From Antedon mediterranea (Eukaryota > Animalia > Echinodermata), in the NCBI RefSeq assembly GCF_964355755.1, contig NC_092677.1:26709175-26773174 (forward strand): a DNA stretch of 64,000 nt. Reading direction: 5' to 3'. The stretch's first letter is position 1; each line of letters opens with the position of its first letter. The position numbers and the translations under genes were made by a program. The notes under the pieces were generated by a model, which saw only the letters and a program-made list of their open reading frames with translations, was not told the origin of the DNA and did no database searches. Shown piece by piece: positions 13,349 through 27,000 of this stretch.

Positions 13349-14702
13349 TATGTAATAAAAACAGATTCATCACGCATGTATTTAACGAAAACAGATCTTG
13401 TATTTTATGTAACGAAAACAGATCATGTATTTTATGTAACGAAAACAGATCATGTTTATGTAACGAAAACAGGGCACATTTATGTAACAAGAACAGGTAC
13501 ATCGCACATGTACGTAACAAAAGCAGGTATGTCACACATGTATGTAACAAAAACAGGTACATCGCATATGTACGTAACAAAAACAGGTACGTCACACATG
13601 TACGTAACAAAAACAGGTACGTCGCACATGTATGTAACAAAAACAGGTACGTCACACATGTATGTAAAAAAAACAGGTACGTCACATATGTATGTAACAA
13701 AAACCAGGTACGTCGCACATGTATGTAACAAACGTCACACATGTATGTAACAAAAACAGGTACGTCACACATGTATGTAATATAAACAGGTACGTCACAC
13801 ATGTATGTAATATAAACAGGTACGTCACACATGTATGTAACAAAAACAGGTACGTCACACATGTATGTAACAAAAACAGGTACGTCGCACATGTATGTAA
13901 CAAAAACAGGTACGTCACACATGTATGTAAAAAAAACCAGGTACGTCGCACATGTATGTAACAAACGTCACACATGTATGTAACAAAAACAGGTACGTCA
14001 CACATGTATGTAATATAAACAGGTACGTCACACATGTATGTAATATAAACAGGTACGTCACACATGTATGTAACAAAAACAGGTACATCGCACATGTACA
14101 GTATGTAATAAAAACAGGTACGTCACACATGTACGTAACAAAAACAGGTACGTCACACATGTATGTAAAAAAAACAGGTACGTCACACATGTAACAAAAA
14201 CAGGTACGTCACACATGTATGTAACAAAAACAGGTACGTCACACATGTATGTAACAAAAACAGGTACATCGCACATGTACGTAACAAAAACAGGTACATC
14301 GCACATGTACGTAACAAAAGCAGGTACATCGCACATGTACGTAACAAAAACAGGTACGTCACATATGTACGTAACAAAAGCAGGTACATCGCACATGTAC
14401 GTAACAAAAACAGGTACATCGCACATGTACGTAACAAAAGCAGGTACATCGCACATGTACGTAACAAAAACAGGTACATCGCACATGTACGTAACAAAAG
14501 CAGGTACATCACACATGTACGTAACAAAAACAGGTACGTCACATATGTATGTAACAAAAACAGGTACGTCACACATGTATGTAATATAAACAGGTACGTC
14601 ACACATGTACGTAACAAAAACAGGTACATCGCATATGTACGTAACAAAAACTGACCGTACATCGCACATGTACGTAATAAAAACAGGTACGTCACACATG
14701 TA
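13349..14702. repeat. 30-bp minisatellite, ~40 copies plus a degenerate 5' edge
   Basis: Unit GTAACAAAAACAGGTACGTCACACATGTAT. Explains all overlapping ORFs from 13320 to 14776. Confidence 0.97.
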
Positions 14703-16917
14703 ATTTTAAGTAACGAAACGGATGCTTTACAAATGTAAGTAGTCAAATTATATTCTTTTTTTGTGAATATCAGCAACCATATTTATATTACACAACAAAT
14801 ATTGTTTATATATTTTAGAAACAATGCATGATTATTTATAATTTAAAACATAGATAATTTATTAAGTAATTTATTTATTTTACGAAAATTTGGAAAGGAG
14901 TTTACAGTTTTCACTTATTCTATTCTATGTTTTGCGCGACGCCCTCAATGTTTTATTGCCTGCGAAACATCCTAATATGAAGAATTGACGTTTTGTACAG
15001 TTTGCTAGGCCTAGTGTGATAAAGAATTTTAAACTGCTATTTATATTAATTTTTGTCGTGAAATTGACCTTGGATTTTTAGTAAATGACTTTTGGTAAAT
15101 TATCATGCAGGTCCATGTTGTTATCTTTTGCCTTTTGATCCATTTGTATGTAATCTGTTGTGTTTAATTGATTGCAAGTGTGCAAGATCTATTATTCATT
15201 GTTGATCATGTGACGTTGTCCATACTACTGCTGCTTAAAGACAACTTGGATTGAACCATTTATGTAATAGGGGTAAACATTTATTTTAAAATTGAGTACA
15301 TTGTAAAATTCAATTGTACTGATTTTGATGTTTACATTAATGATGATAAATTTAATATTTTTTTATTTTAATACAGTATGGAAAGTATGATTTTTTTAAT
15401 GTATTTATCTTTTTTATTGTTGTTCTATTCATGGCCTCATGAAATAAAGTTTAATAGATAAATACAATAGCAATAATTTAATTAAGATATATTGTTCTAT
15501 TACAACAATATTTCTAAACCAATCTGACATCGTAATTTGAATGGTCTCCCATAATATCAAATAAAAAATCTTGGGATATCACATTAAAATAAACTTAATT
15601 TAAAACATTTGGACCTCTATAATTTAAACTTACAGGTGTGCTACAAATTGCAGTCCTTAAGCTTAGTTCGCTAATGGACCAATCATAAGCAATGGATAAT
15701 CTGAAAAATTACTTGTAATTGGTCAACTCACTTGCATTGTGACCATAATGTACATTAAGTCATTGAGTTGTGTTCAAGTTCAAACCAAGCTTATGCACGC
15801 TGTACAGTAGACGCGGTGTACATAGTCTTCTTGTTGTACTGTTGGTATCTTCATGGAGTAAAGAATAACATGGTATCTTGGTATAGAAGTTTACCAAATT
15901 TGGTTTGCTTTAAATGCACACATTTCATGTGTGTGATCTTAATATCACATGCCCAAAAAGACAAGATATGAATGCTATATTATCCTAGGATAACCATCAC
16001 CTTGTATTGTATTTTGAAACTCATTAAATATTCATCAGATGTTTTTCAAGGACAGTTACTAATACCTCATAATTATATTTTTATCTGAAGGTGTGTTTCT
16101 GTTGGACAATTCTCCAACAAGCTTAATTTCATCAGTCAGGGAGAATAATATTTTACATCTCCCAGGTTTCAAGTTTTCATTCTGCTACACTATGTGTGTA
16201 GTGTAGTACAGTATTAGTTGTGGTCAAATCATAAAAAGGTGGATCTCAAATAGTTGCTGTTTCTTTAAGCTATGTCTACCTGTACACCATCAAACTAGTT
16301 TGACTAAAACGTGAGATGTGCCCATACACTATATGGTAGTGATATACTGTACTGTACTTAAATAATGGTATTGATGACATCATCACGTCCATATGTCACA
16401 TAAGGTTTGACAAAGATTATAAGAGAAAGATTATACAGTAAGAAAAAGTGCTGTATTTACTTAAAAATTTTATCTAAAAAAATTAGCAAAAATGGTACTT
16501 AATAGATTTAAGATAAGATCATTTTTAAACTTCTATAATCACTGTGTATGACTTGTGTTGTTGCTGTCAAAACACATTTCCTCAATAATAATAGATACAA
16601 ATTGCTACAAAAGTCACAATTTTTAATACCCATACTTTTCTACAGATGTCAAAATTAATTTAATTTACAGAATATTTTACCACTTTTTCCAAACTATCTT
16701 TGCTTGTTTCCATTTGTTGAAATGTCTCAAAAGTTGACAGCGGTGCTCCCATTTGTAACTTATGTCTGTCTGATATTAATTGGTGGTAGTCATTACTAAG
16801 TGAAACTTAATGGTGACTAATCTCGTGGAAGCGGCATAGTTCCTGGTTTGTGTGGTATAAGAAGAGTCGTTTCGATATTTTCGGTCTGTTAGAACATTCA
16901 ATATGTTTCCTTCCTAA

Positions 16918-17007
16918 AGCTTTGTCTACACTATCAAACTAGTTTGACAAAAAAGAGTCATCACATATTTTTGTCACATAAAGTTTGATAGTTTTAGACA
17001 GAGTTTA
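16918..17007. mobile_element. Short copy of the abundant AGCTCTGTCTACACTATCAAACT MITE family
   Basis: AGCTTTGTCTACACTATCAAACT ... AGTTTGATAGTTTTAGACAGAGTT. Another degraded copy lies at ~16268-16410. Confidence 0.7.
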
Positions 17008-17399
17008 AGAGTTTTACAAAAAACATTTAGTAAGATATTTATTTGCTGTACATACTGTACACACTCTTTGTTTTTCAGATGGAGGAGTCATTTTCTCAAA
17101 TAAAAAAAAAAATTAATTTAATAAAAGCCCGAGTAGGTGTGGTTAACACGTCTGCACATCAAGCAGAAGGTTACCGATTCAATTCCTTGTTGGAGTGTTT
17201 TTCTCATTCTGACAAATTTCCTCTTCTTTTTCGTTTAAAAAATTAGTTTTCAGTATTTCACTGTGCAGTTTATAATTTCCAGTATTTCACTGTGCAGTTT
17301 ATAATTTCCTTTTGTCACATTTTAAATGATGCATTGTGGGTCTGGTTTCAAACATTTTTTCTAGAAAAATGATTATAAATGAAATTTTTTTATAATAAT

Positions 17400-17572
17400 T
17401 GTAATATATTTATTTTTTTAAATATGATGTAGACTTTTTTTTGTAATGTTCTTGTTTTTTGAGTTCGTGTTGTGTCCGTTGGATATTGTGCTCCGCCAAC
17501 AGAGCAAACAGAATTTCTATGTTTTTCCTAAAACAAATGATAATAAATGATACTTGACTTGACTTGACTTGA
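17400..17572 (+). mobile_element. 3' end of a non-LTR retroelement with a (CTTGA)n tail
   Basis: AATAAA followed by four CTTGA units, after a T-rich 3'UTR-like stretch. Confidence 0.45.
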
Positions 17573-18092
17573 TATTTTGTCACTTATTATGAATCATTGT
17601 GTTCTGATTCAGGATAACTAAAGCATGATTAATAATCTTGACGGATAAACCATGTCCGAGTATTCATCAATTCAGATTAGCACAAGATTTTACATTGACC
17701 TTCTTCATGTCTGGGTTAGAAATTACTCTCTGTGTGTTTCCGAGTTCTCGAACCTGTCACCGGAATCAGTGAAGCGTGGGCACCATAAAATTACCATTTC
17801 CTATCGTAGTGCGCCCTGTATCCTTGGTGGCTAATTTCCTATACCCAGAAATAGATTTTCCTGTCCGCCACTTAAGTTCAGAGACCAACTGTCTTTAATA
17901 GTCTGGTGTTCGATATTGTAGGGTCGTTTTTGGACTTGAACAGACATGAAGAGTACTGTACATCTTCCACATAGCTCACAACATTAATTGAAAATTTAGT
18001 TTAAGAGGTTAATTTTTATTTAATACACTTTATTTTTCCATGTAACATTATTTTCCTGGTATCATATATTACTCTAAATGTTCTTTTTTAGC

Positions 18093-21000
18093 ATGGGTAA
18101 CCGGCAGGGCAAGGCTGCGTCAAGCAGCAACGACATGCAGAAGAGGAAAGAACCAACGCCGAAACCAGATCCTCCACCACCCACCGTCATTCCGCAACAG
18201 AAAGAGCACCGAACTGCCGTAGAACCGCCATTGAAGATAGAACCAGCACCTGCACCGAAACCATCGCCAGCGAGTTTAGATTTCTACAGAGATGATGTAC
18301 AAAAGTTACTCTTTGGTCAGTTGGGCTTTGTAAAGAACACTCAAAAACCTCGGATGGTTCGGATGTTTGTTAGTGCTGTGGCAGTTGGTAAGAAATCTGT
18401 ACTATTCTGACTAAAATCCTTTTAAAGAATACTAGAAATGTACTTAAATGGCCTTTAGATAAACAACTGTGTATAGATTTCACATAAATCTGTTGTACCC
18501 TGAATCCAACAATACAGTCAACTCTCCCAAACTATTTAAAACTGGAAACTCTCCCAATTACTCTAGTAGCTAGATCAACTTTTGTATGCACTTTGAGGTC
18601 CAGAGAATTAAGGTGTTTGGTCTTATGACCTTTCACCCTGACCTTTTGACCTCCTGCCACATTTTCAAAATGTGTAACCAAGCCAAAAATGATTGTTTGA
18701 ACACCCTAAACCTATTTCTGAAGTGAAATTCTCTGGACCTCAAAGTGCATACGAAAGTTGATCTAGCTACTAGAGTAGATACCAAACTTTCTGAAAACCG
18801 GAAACTCTCCCAATATCAAACTTTCTGAAAACCGGAAACTCTCCCAATATCAAACTTTCTAAAAAGCAGAAACTCTCCCAATACCAAACTTTCTGAAAAG
18901 TGGAAACTCGCCCAATACCAAACTTTTTGAAATACGGAAACTCTCCCAATACTAAACTTTTCCTGAGGTCACTCCAAAAGGTCCTAAATTTGTATTTAAA
19001 ATTAGAAACGCTTTCTGAATACCAGACATATTAGCCCAGCCCAAGATTTTCATATTTTGGAAGTGTTGACTGTACTGTATATACCGTAGAATACCTTGTG
19101 GAGTAGTTTTCAAGCAAAACACTATATGTGCGTACCTGGTTGTAAGACCTTGCATATGAACATATTTTATTTTTGCTGGATTTATGGTTTATTGTTTTCG
19201 ATATTTTTACGTCCATTGTTAAAACTGTTACTTAGCAACTAGCATTGATCAATCGTTTACCTCTGCTTCACATGTAATATTCACTGTGTTGGTTGATTGT
19301 CTGCAGTTGAATAGTGTGGTTTTAAGGCATTGTGCCGTTAAATTCTGGGTCACGGTCTAAAATTGGTTAAGTAACACTGTATTGTTACAGGACATGATAA
19401 CAATAGCCTGGAAAGTGTCAAAGTACAATCCTTTTTATCCTTGGGGTCGATAAACATTCATCTGGTATAACGTCCACATTCCTTAAGGGGTTAGGTGACT
19501 ACTGCAATATGCGCAAACCCCCAAAAACCCAAGAAAGACACGCCCTTTGGTGATAGTTGTCTTTGACAGCTCTTGTCTTTCATCAGTGCAGCTCCCTTTT
19601 TGTGTTTCACTGAAAGGAATAAATAAATAAAAATAGAAAACCTCCAAATCACTTGATTGATTATATCAATTGATAATAATTATGACAGAAATTTATGGAG
19701 AGAAAAAATTATGAAAATGCTACAACTTTTGGTTGTTTATTTTGTTTTTGTCCAAGTCATGAATATAATCAATATTATTACGTGATTTGAATTTTGCTCA
19801 AGTGTTTTAGAAAGAAGTTTGAAAAATTAAAATTAGAAAAAAAAAAGTAACATTTTTTTAAAATAAATTATAGATTGTCTTTGGTTATACTGTAGCCCAA
19901 GTTTTGATATAATCAATAAGTGATTTGGATGATTCTTGCACAGTATTGCAATGTCCCTTTCTTAGAGCTAAATGCATGAAAAGGTGAACACACTAAAACA
20001 AATTTTTTTTTGTGTAGATTCGGATTTAGAACGAAACATTTTCTGGAAGCATATCTACCCAAAGTTACGATCCCATTGCTCAGAGTTAGGCTATGAGTTT
20101 CTGGCCGTTGACCCCCAGGAGGGTTCTTGGACCAACCTTGTTCAAGATAAAAACACTCGAGACATCTGCTCAAACGTGATCCTAGAATGCCAAGCAAAGT
20201 CAACTGGTCCAAACTTTCTGGTGAGTTACTATTACAACTTTATATTTAATCGGTCAGATGTTTGTTTACCCTTACCTGATTTAATTGTACATTATGCTAG
20301 TATATTAAGCCTTTAAGTCTACACTATCAAACTTTATGTGACAAAAAATGTGTGATACGCCCAAATATGGTAGTGATATACCCAAACATGGTAGTGATAT
20401 GACATCATGTCCATATGGGTACATCACATTTTGTCACAAAGTTTCATAGTGTAGACAGAGCTTTAAGTAGATGGTGGTTGTCTCTCATGTGGTTTATATT
20501 GGTGAGATTTAAAGCTGTTTAGAATTTCATCTGGGTACGATGAATTTAGTCATTTTATGCCAATACTGATTTTAATTCTAAAACAAGACATCATTCGCTA
20601 CGTCTTGCATTAGCAAATCCTATTACAGTCGTATTAACTTGTATTTCAACCACTTTAAAATCAACAATCTTGTGCATATCAAATCATTTGGCATGCTCCA
20701 TTATTTCATAGGTAGATAATTTGAATTTTTATCCAGGGACTTTAATGATTAATTGTGTAGATATAATAATAGTCATCCTTGCTTGTTATTAAATCCTTTT
20801 ACTACTCTTGTTCTTTTGTGTCTTTTTTTTACTAAACAATGCACATTTTCTTTGACACTTGGATGATTTTTTAGGTTGTAAAATTCCTAATTAGTTTTAG
20901 CGTGCTTTTTATGGTGAGATGATTTCATGCATTTAAAATTATCTAGCCAATTCAGAATCAAATTATTGGTTTTGCGTTGATAAACTCTACATTTATGACT

Positions 21001-24000
21001 CGTAACATTTCTGAATGAATAAATGCCATTATTACTATTATACTTTTCAAATTAATAAGGAAGAAAAACATCTTTTATATGATACTAGAATAAATTTGCC
21101 GCATATTAAAGTTGCTCAGATGAAATTATAAAAGACTTATATTGATTATGTTCTGAAATTTCTATACCAAAAATCAATAGAAAGATGTAGTGAATTTGTG
21201 GGAAATGTTAAGGGTATGCGATGGAATATATATAATATTTACTTAAGCTTGGTTCCCACTAGGACACAACGCAATTGTGCAAGCAAGTAGACAATGGCAA
21301 GAAGCAGTTTGAATAATCCATCGCTTGTGATTGGTCAAATCACTTAAGTTGCACTTGCATTGCATCAGAGTGGGAACCACACTTAAGTCAAGATAGTTAA
21401 GAAGTGCTTCAGTGAAAAACTTGTTCTTTTTATCATATTAAATTTAATGAATAATTGCTATTTGTTATTTAGAAAACTGACTTAAGCAAAATCATTGACT
21501 TAAAGATGATTTTGTTAATTAATTTAACCCATGATATTATATCAGTGGTTTACTATATTGCTCAACAACTTCCAACTTAACTTACTTAAGCAATTTGAGA
21601 TAAATAAAGAATAAGTACTTAGTAAATTCACTTAAAATTAAATAACTAAATTATTAACTTATCAACTTCTTTTTTTGACAGCTCTTCTTGAACCAGAAAC
21701 ATGACCGCTGCATTTGTCCAAAACAAATTCGGTCAACAGCGTTTGACCGTTTGCAGAAGAAGGTTGATGAAGAACAAAAAGAACTGATTAATCGTTACTA
21801 CTACCATGACACCAATGCCATTCCGCAGGTTCATATTTTACAACCGCCTCATAAGTCTCATGATGATTTCGCAGATTGGCCACAGACGAAAGAACAAATT
21901 TGCTCAATTATGAGAAATTGTTGGGGGAAAGAAGAAAAAGAATTTTATATGGCCTCAGGTACGATTTATTATTAATTACTTTATGCGGCCAGCCCCACTC
22001 ATTTAAATAGCTCTGTCTACACTATCAAACTAGTTTGACAAAAAATGTGATGTGCCCACATATGCTAGTGATACGACATCATCACATCCATATATGGGCA
22101 CATCACATTTTGTCAGTGTAAATCGAAACCCTGTGGCCTATATTCACCAATGACACTTGGGCTAAGGAAAATACTTACTCTTAAAATAAAAAAACAAATC
22201 TCCTATCCTAAGTGCATACAATTTAAGGGAAATACTTAAATATTTATTGAGTTAAGTGAAATACTTACTTAAGTGTGAGTTTTTGAATTTGATTCAAATG
22301 TAGATATTGAAATGGATGTTAGCGATGGAATATTTAGCCCCACCAGTAGCAAAGAAGGAACTGTTTGGGTTCACCGTGTTCTCAACGACTTTGATTCAAC
22401 CGACGAGGTTGCGTGGAAATATGTTGACCTTGCCGGTGACCCTAAGGAACCTGACGGACATTCTCAAGAACAACTGATTCAATTGACCCGTCGGTTAGCT
22501 GATCAGGTCATAGAATCGCATTTCATAAAGGTAAACATTGCATCCGAGTTTTGAACTTGAACTTCCCCATCTTCTAATTTTAACATTGAAGTCTAAAATT
22601 TATTTAAGCAAAACCTAGAAAATAATTTTCGCCTTTCTTTTATACACAACAAATGCCTGAACTAAAATCTACAATTGTACTAAGCCTTTAGGGAGCATCA
22701 TTTTCTGAACAGTTAGTATGTTATTGTTTTTAAAAGTTCAATGTTCCTTGGAAGGAAGGTGGTCTGGATCCACAGGTTCACTCCTCTCACCAGCAGTATG
22801 TGGAGACACTGAAAAGTTCACTGTTGAAGCAATTGATGGAGGTCATAGAGAAATCTATCTCTGAAAAAGAACGTATTGATGAAGAGATACAAACTGCAAG
22901 TAAGTCATTTTATTACGCAATAATCTTCCAAAAAACAGCTGAACTGTGACAACATTTTAGTCAAGGCATATAATATATATTGTTTGTTGTTTTCCAGGTA
23001 CAAAATATACAGGTTTCCTAATGATCTTTAAATATTGTTGAAATAACATATATACAAATAACTACTTACAGTCACAACCTTGGTTCAAACAAATATTCTC
23101 AGATTATTTTCAAATTTTATTGATAGAAATCAGCAACAGGTTATTTGACGAGGTGCTTCATCATACCCTTATTGCTCAGAACCACTGTAAGAGTTTTGTT
23201 GGGCAGACCCACCTCCTCGAAGACCTAAAGAACCACTTGACAAGTGACTCCAAGCAGGTCCTACTAATTCACGGTGCTACCGGTAGCGGCAAGTCAGGCG
23301 TGGCTGCAAAAATTACAAAGATGTGCCAACGAGACTCGATGGCCAACGTGATACGGTTCGTTGGGTCGTCTGGTGCGTCACGTTCCGTGAATTCCTTGGT
23401 GCAAAGCATATGCGAACAGCTTGCGCATATTTACCAAGAACATGTCTCTGTTTCATATAAAGTAAGTAGATATTTCTATAACTGATAATAGGTTTTATTC
23501 AATCTTTATTTCAGAATCTTTGGCCCATAGAAAGTAAAATTACATATAAATTAAATTAAAAAAATTATTATAAATTATTATGGATTTCATATGATCCTTG
23601 TATTAGTCAACTGTCTACAGTACCAAAATGTGACGTGCCCAAATATGGTATTGATGGACATAATCATGTCCATATATGGGTACATCACATGTTTTTGTCG
23701 CATAAAGACAGCTTTATACTACTATTGAACATAGCCATACCATTGATTGATACAACACTGATGAATATCTTGTTTACTAGGGTGCTGACAAACTAGGGTG
23801 TACGTTGTCTCAACTCCTGCTAAAGGCCTCATCTGAAAGACAAGTGTTGATAGTGTTAGACGGACTGGATACGTTGGACATGAACGTGTCATGGCTTCCC
23901 ACCACACTACCAAGCCATGTCAAGTTACTTCTAACTTGCACAAGTTCTACAAAAACTCATGAAAATATTAAGGTTAGGTTTGTATGAATTGTTTAGATCT

Positions 24001-27000
24001 TCAAAATAAATAAATAAGTCAATATAAATTTTCACCATACAAAATTTGCATAAAAAGTTTAAATATGTAGTATGAAATCAATGATGCATTACAAATGCGG
24101 ATCTCTGGCTGCTTTTAAGCTCTGTCTACACTATCCCCAATATCATGTCCATATATGGGCACATCACATTTTTTTGTCACATAAAGTTTGATAATGTAGA
24201 CAGGGCTTTAGAGTCTGTAAGATACTGTAAAATTCATTTTTTTTTTCCAGTCTCATTTGGGCAGTCATCTTGTTGAGATTGAAATTCCAGCATTAGATGA
24301 AAAAACGATTACAAACTTAATTGAGCGTTGTTTGCAGTCAAAAGGAAGAACATTAAATGAGGAACAATTGACATTTTTAAACAACAAAGTTGAAAAACAA
24401 CCGTTTCCCTTATTTGTGCACATGGCGTGCTATGAAGCGTGTCAATGGCACAGTTTTACGCCAAGTAACGAGCTGAGTTTGCAATCGAGTCTCATTGCTC
24501 AATCAGACGCAATATTTGAAAGTCTGGAAAAACGGTTTGGAAGAACTTTGGTTTCGTGCATTGTGGGAAATCTTTGCACCGCTCGGTACGGACTGTCAAA
24601 TGTTGAAATGAACGATTTATTATCAACGAATTCTGAGCTTATGAAAAAATTAAAAACTGAGTGTGTGCCCACAATGCTTTTGGAGTCGATCCTCCTTGAA
24701 CTTGAACCCTTCATTCAATCTAATATTAAGAACAGAATTTGTTTACGTCAGTTTCGCTACCGCGTTATTTTAGAGACGGCAACGAAGCGTTACTTGGACA
24801 CGAATGAGAAAAAGGCTGGTTTGTATTCAAAGTTACGTAACTATTTTTTTTGTCAAAGTGCTAAGAACGGCGACATGCCTAATGTAAGAAGGTTACAGGA
24901 ACTGCCGTACCATTCCTTCCAATGTGGGGATAAAAGTTATTGTAAAACTTACATATGGGATCAGGACTGGATGATGTTAAAGCTCAAAGAATGTGGAGTT
25001 TATGAACTATTAGACGATGTAGCTCTTGCTCTTCAATTGAAACCCAACGATTTAGATTTAAAACTATTACAAAATATGCTACAGGTGTCTGCCTACTCAC
25101 TAATTTGTGATGGCTATCAGTTGTTGCTTCAAATTCAACAACGAATGGGTGATACGTTAAAGGGACAAGAGACAAAATACCCATGTATGGTTACTCTGTG
25201 CAATATGGCATACAAGCCACCTTATTCAAACTTTCAGCCATCTCACGCATGTTTGAAACCGTTAGATGCCTCGGAAAACCTAGAAAAAACGCAAGAATCT
25301 GACCTCACCGCTATATTTCGTATTAAAGGCGATGACAAGCATGTTATCTCTGTTTCAAGCGCTAAGGGAGTGGTATCGGTTTGGAATATCGTATCGCAAA
25401 AAGCGGTACGAACACTGACAAATATTGATCAACCGCGTAATGTATGTTGCATCGATAGTTATAAGGTCATAGTTCTTTGTAACCGTGTTCTTAGAATTTA
25501 CAATCTAGACACGGGCGAGCTAGAAAGCGAACTTAAAGGGACGATGAACTTAAAAATGCCGTACTTTGCAATGCATGACGAAGAGCACGTTGTTGCATTG
25601 TCGCGGAACCGTATGACGGTCAACATTATTAAGCGTTCCACAGGCGATGTCGTCTCAACGTTTAAAGTTGGAGAAGATCGTTTTCTCAACAGTTTGTTGG
25701 TTAGTGCGAACGGTGAGAAATGCGTTTGTGGTGACGAAACGCAGAAACCAAGTCCTCTGTTAGTTTGGGATCTTAATAACCGTAAACTTGTTCATGATCT
25801 GCGAATCCCGCAACATGAGTTTATAACCAGGATGTCATCAATATCGAATGACGGTCATTATGTCGTATGCGTCATCAAGGTTAGTCAAAACATTTACACA
25901 ATTTGTTTATTGTTTGTCAATTTGTTTCTCCACACTTAATTAAAACGTTGAATACAGAGTAATTATAATGATATAATAAAAATCAGTGTGGAGAGAAAAA
26001 AGCACGCTATAAGACTTGAACCCTATAAAACAACATGAGCTATGATACGAGGGAACAGCAATTGCATAAGATCACAATATAACGATTAGGGGGGAAAAAG
26101 AGAATAGATATGGTATATATATAATATAAAGAATAATAATAATAGTACCCCTTTGGTCTCCCGATATAAATGGGTTGGTTGTAGTGTAAATATATTCTCC
26201 TCATTTATTTCACAGGAAAGTGTCTCCGTGTCCCCTGAATAAAGGGCATCTACTGTATTTAAGATGTATTGTCCCCCTGAAAAAATAATTTCTTAAACAA
26301 ATTTTTGTTGAATATTCCATTTTAATGTAACGTAATAGTTATCCACTTTGACCAAAAATTGGATCTAAAAAAAATGTATTTACCTGAAAAAAATGTAATT
26401 AAAAGCACAAAATGGTCAAATTGGCTGCCAGCCAATGGATTTTTGGTTGAATTTAACCATTTTATTTTTTTTCCCGTTTTTTTTTCTATGGAAGTGATTA
26501 GCTTTATATTAACTACAAAATGAGGTATTCAAAGTTTGATTTAATTAATCTTCATTTTTCATGTTTTTGGGGGACAATACATCTTTAAAAATTTATTTTA
26601 AAAATATTTTGACTGACTGCCATTTTAGTGGCACTGCCTTCTGGTCGTTTAATTGTCTTCCAAATCATTTCTGTTTCAATGCTACCTCTCACTACTACCT
26701 AAGCCTTGCAAAAATTATGTTATAAGAATGGTCATACAGGAGACTTATTAAGCGCCCTCTCTCACAATCGAGCGTACTGGTACACGATACCCTACAACAG
26801 ATTGTAAATGTTTCTTTTTCTCTTTTAGGAGCTTGGTGACACAAGTGCCAACTTTGTGATTGTGTATGATCTTCTTAGTGGGCAGTTGTTTAAGAAGTGG
26901 AAACCATCCTTTAACACGACAGCTGTGTCTATATCAGTAGAAGGGGGCTGTGTTGTGAATGCATTGGAAGATGGTAGCTTGATTGTGTGGGATCTCTCAT

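Noticed and set aside
13320-14776. Many overlapping repetitive ORFs (TYMCDVPVFV, MYVTKTGTSH)
   Set aside because: A 30-bp unit keeps several frames open on both strands, indels break the frames, and there is no splice context.
17126-17190. tRNA-like sequence (also ~36140-36200 on the minus strand)
   Set aside because: Only degenerate A/B boxes and no cloverleaf; most likely SINE heads.
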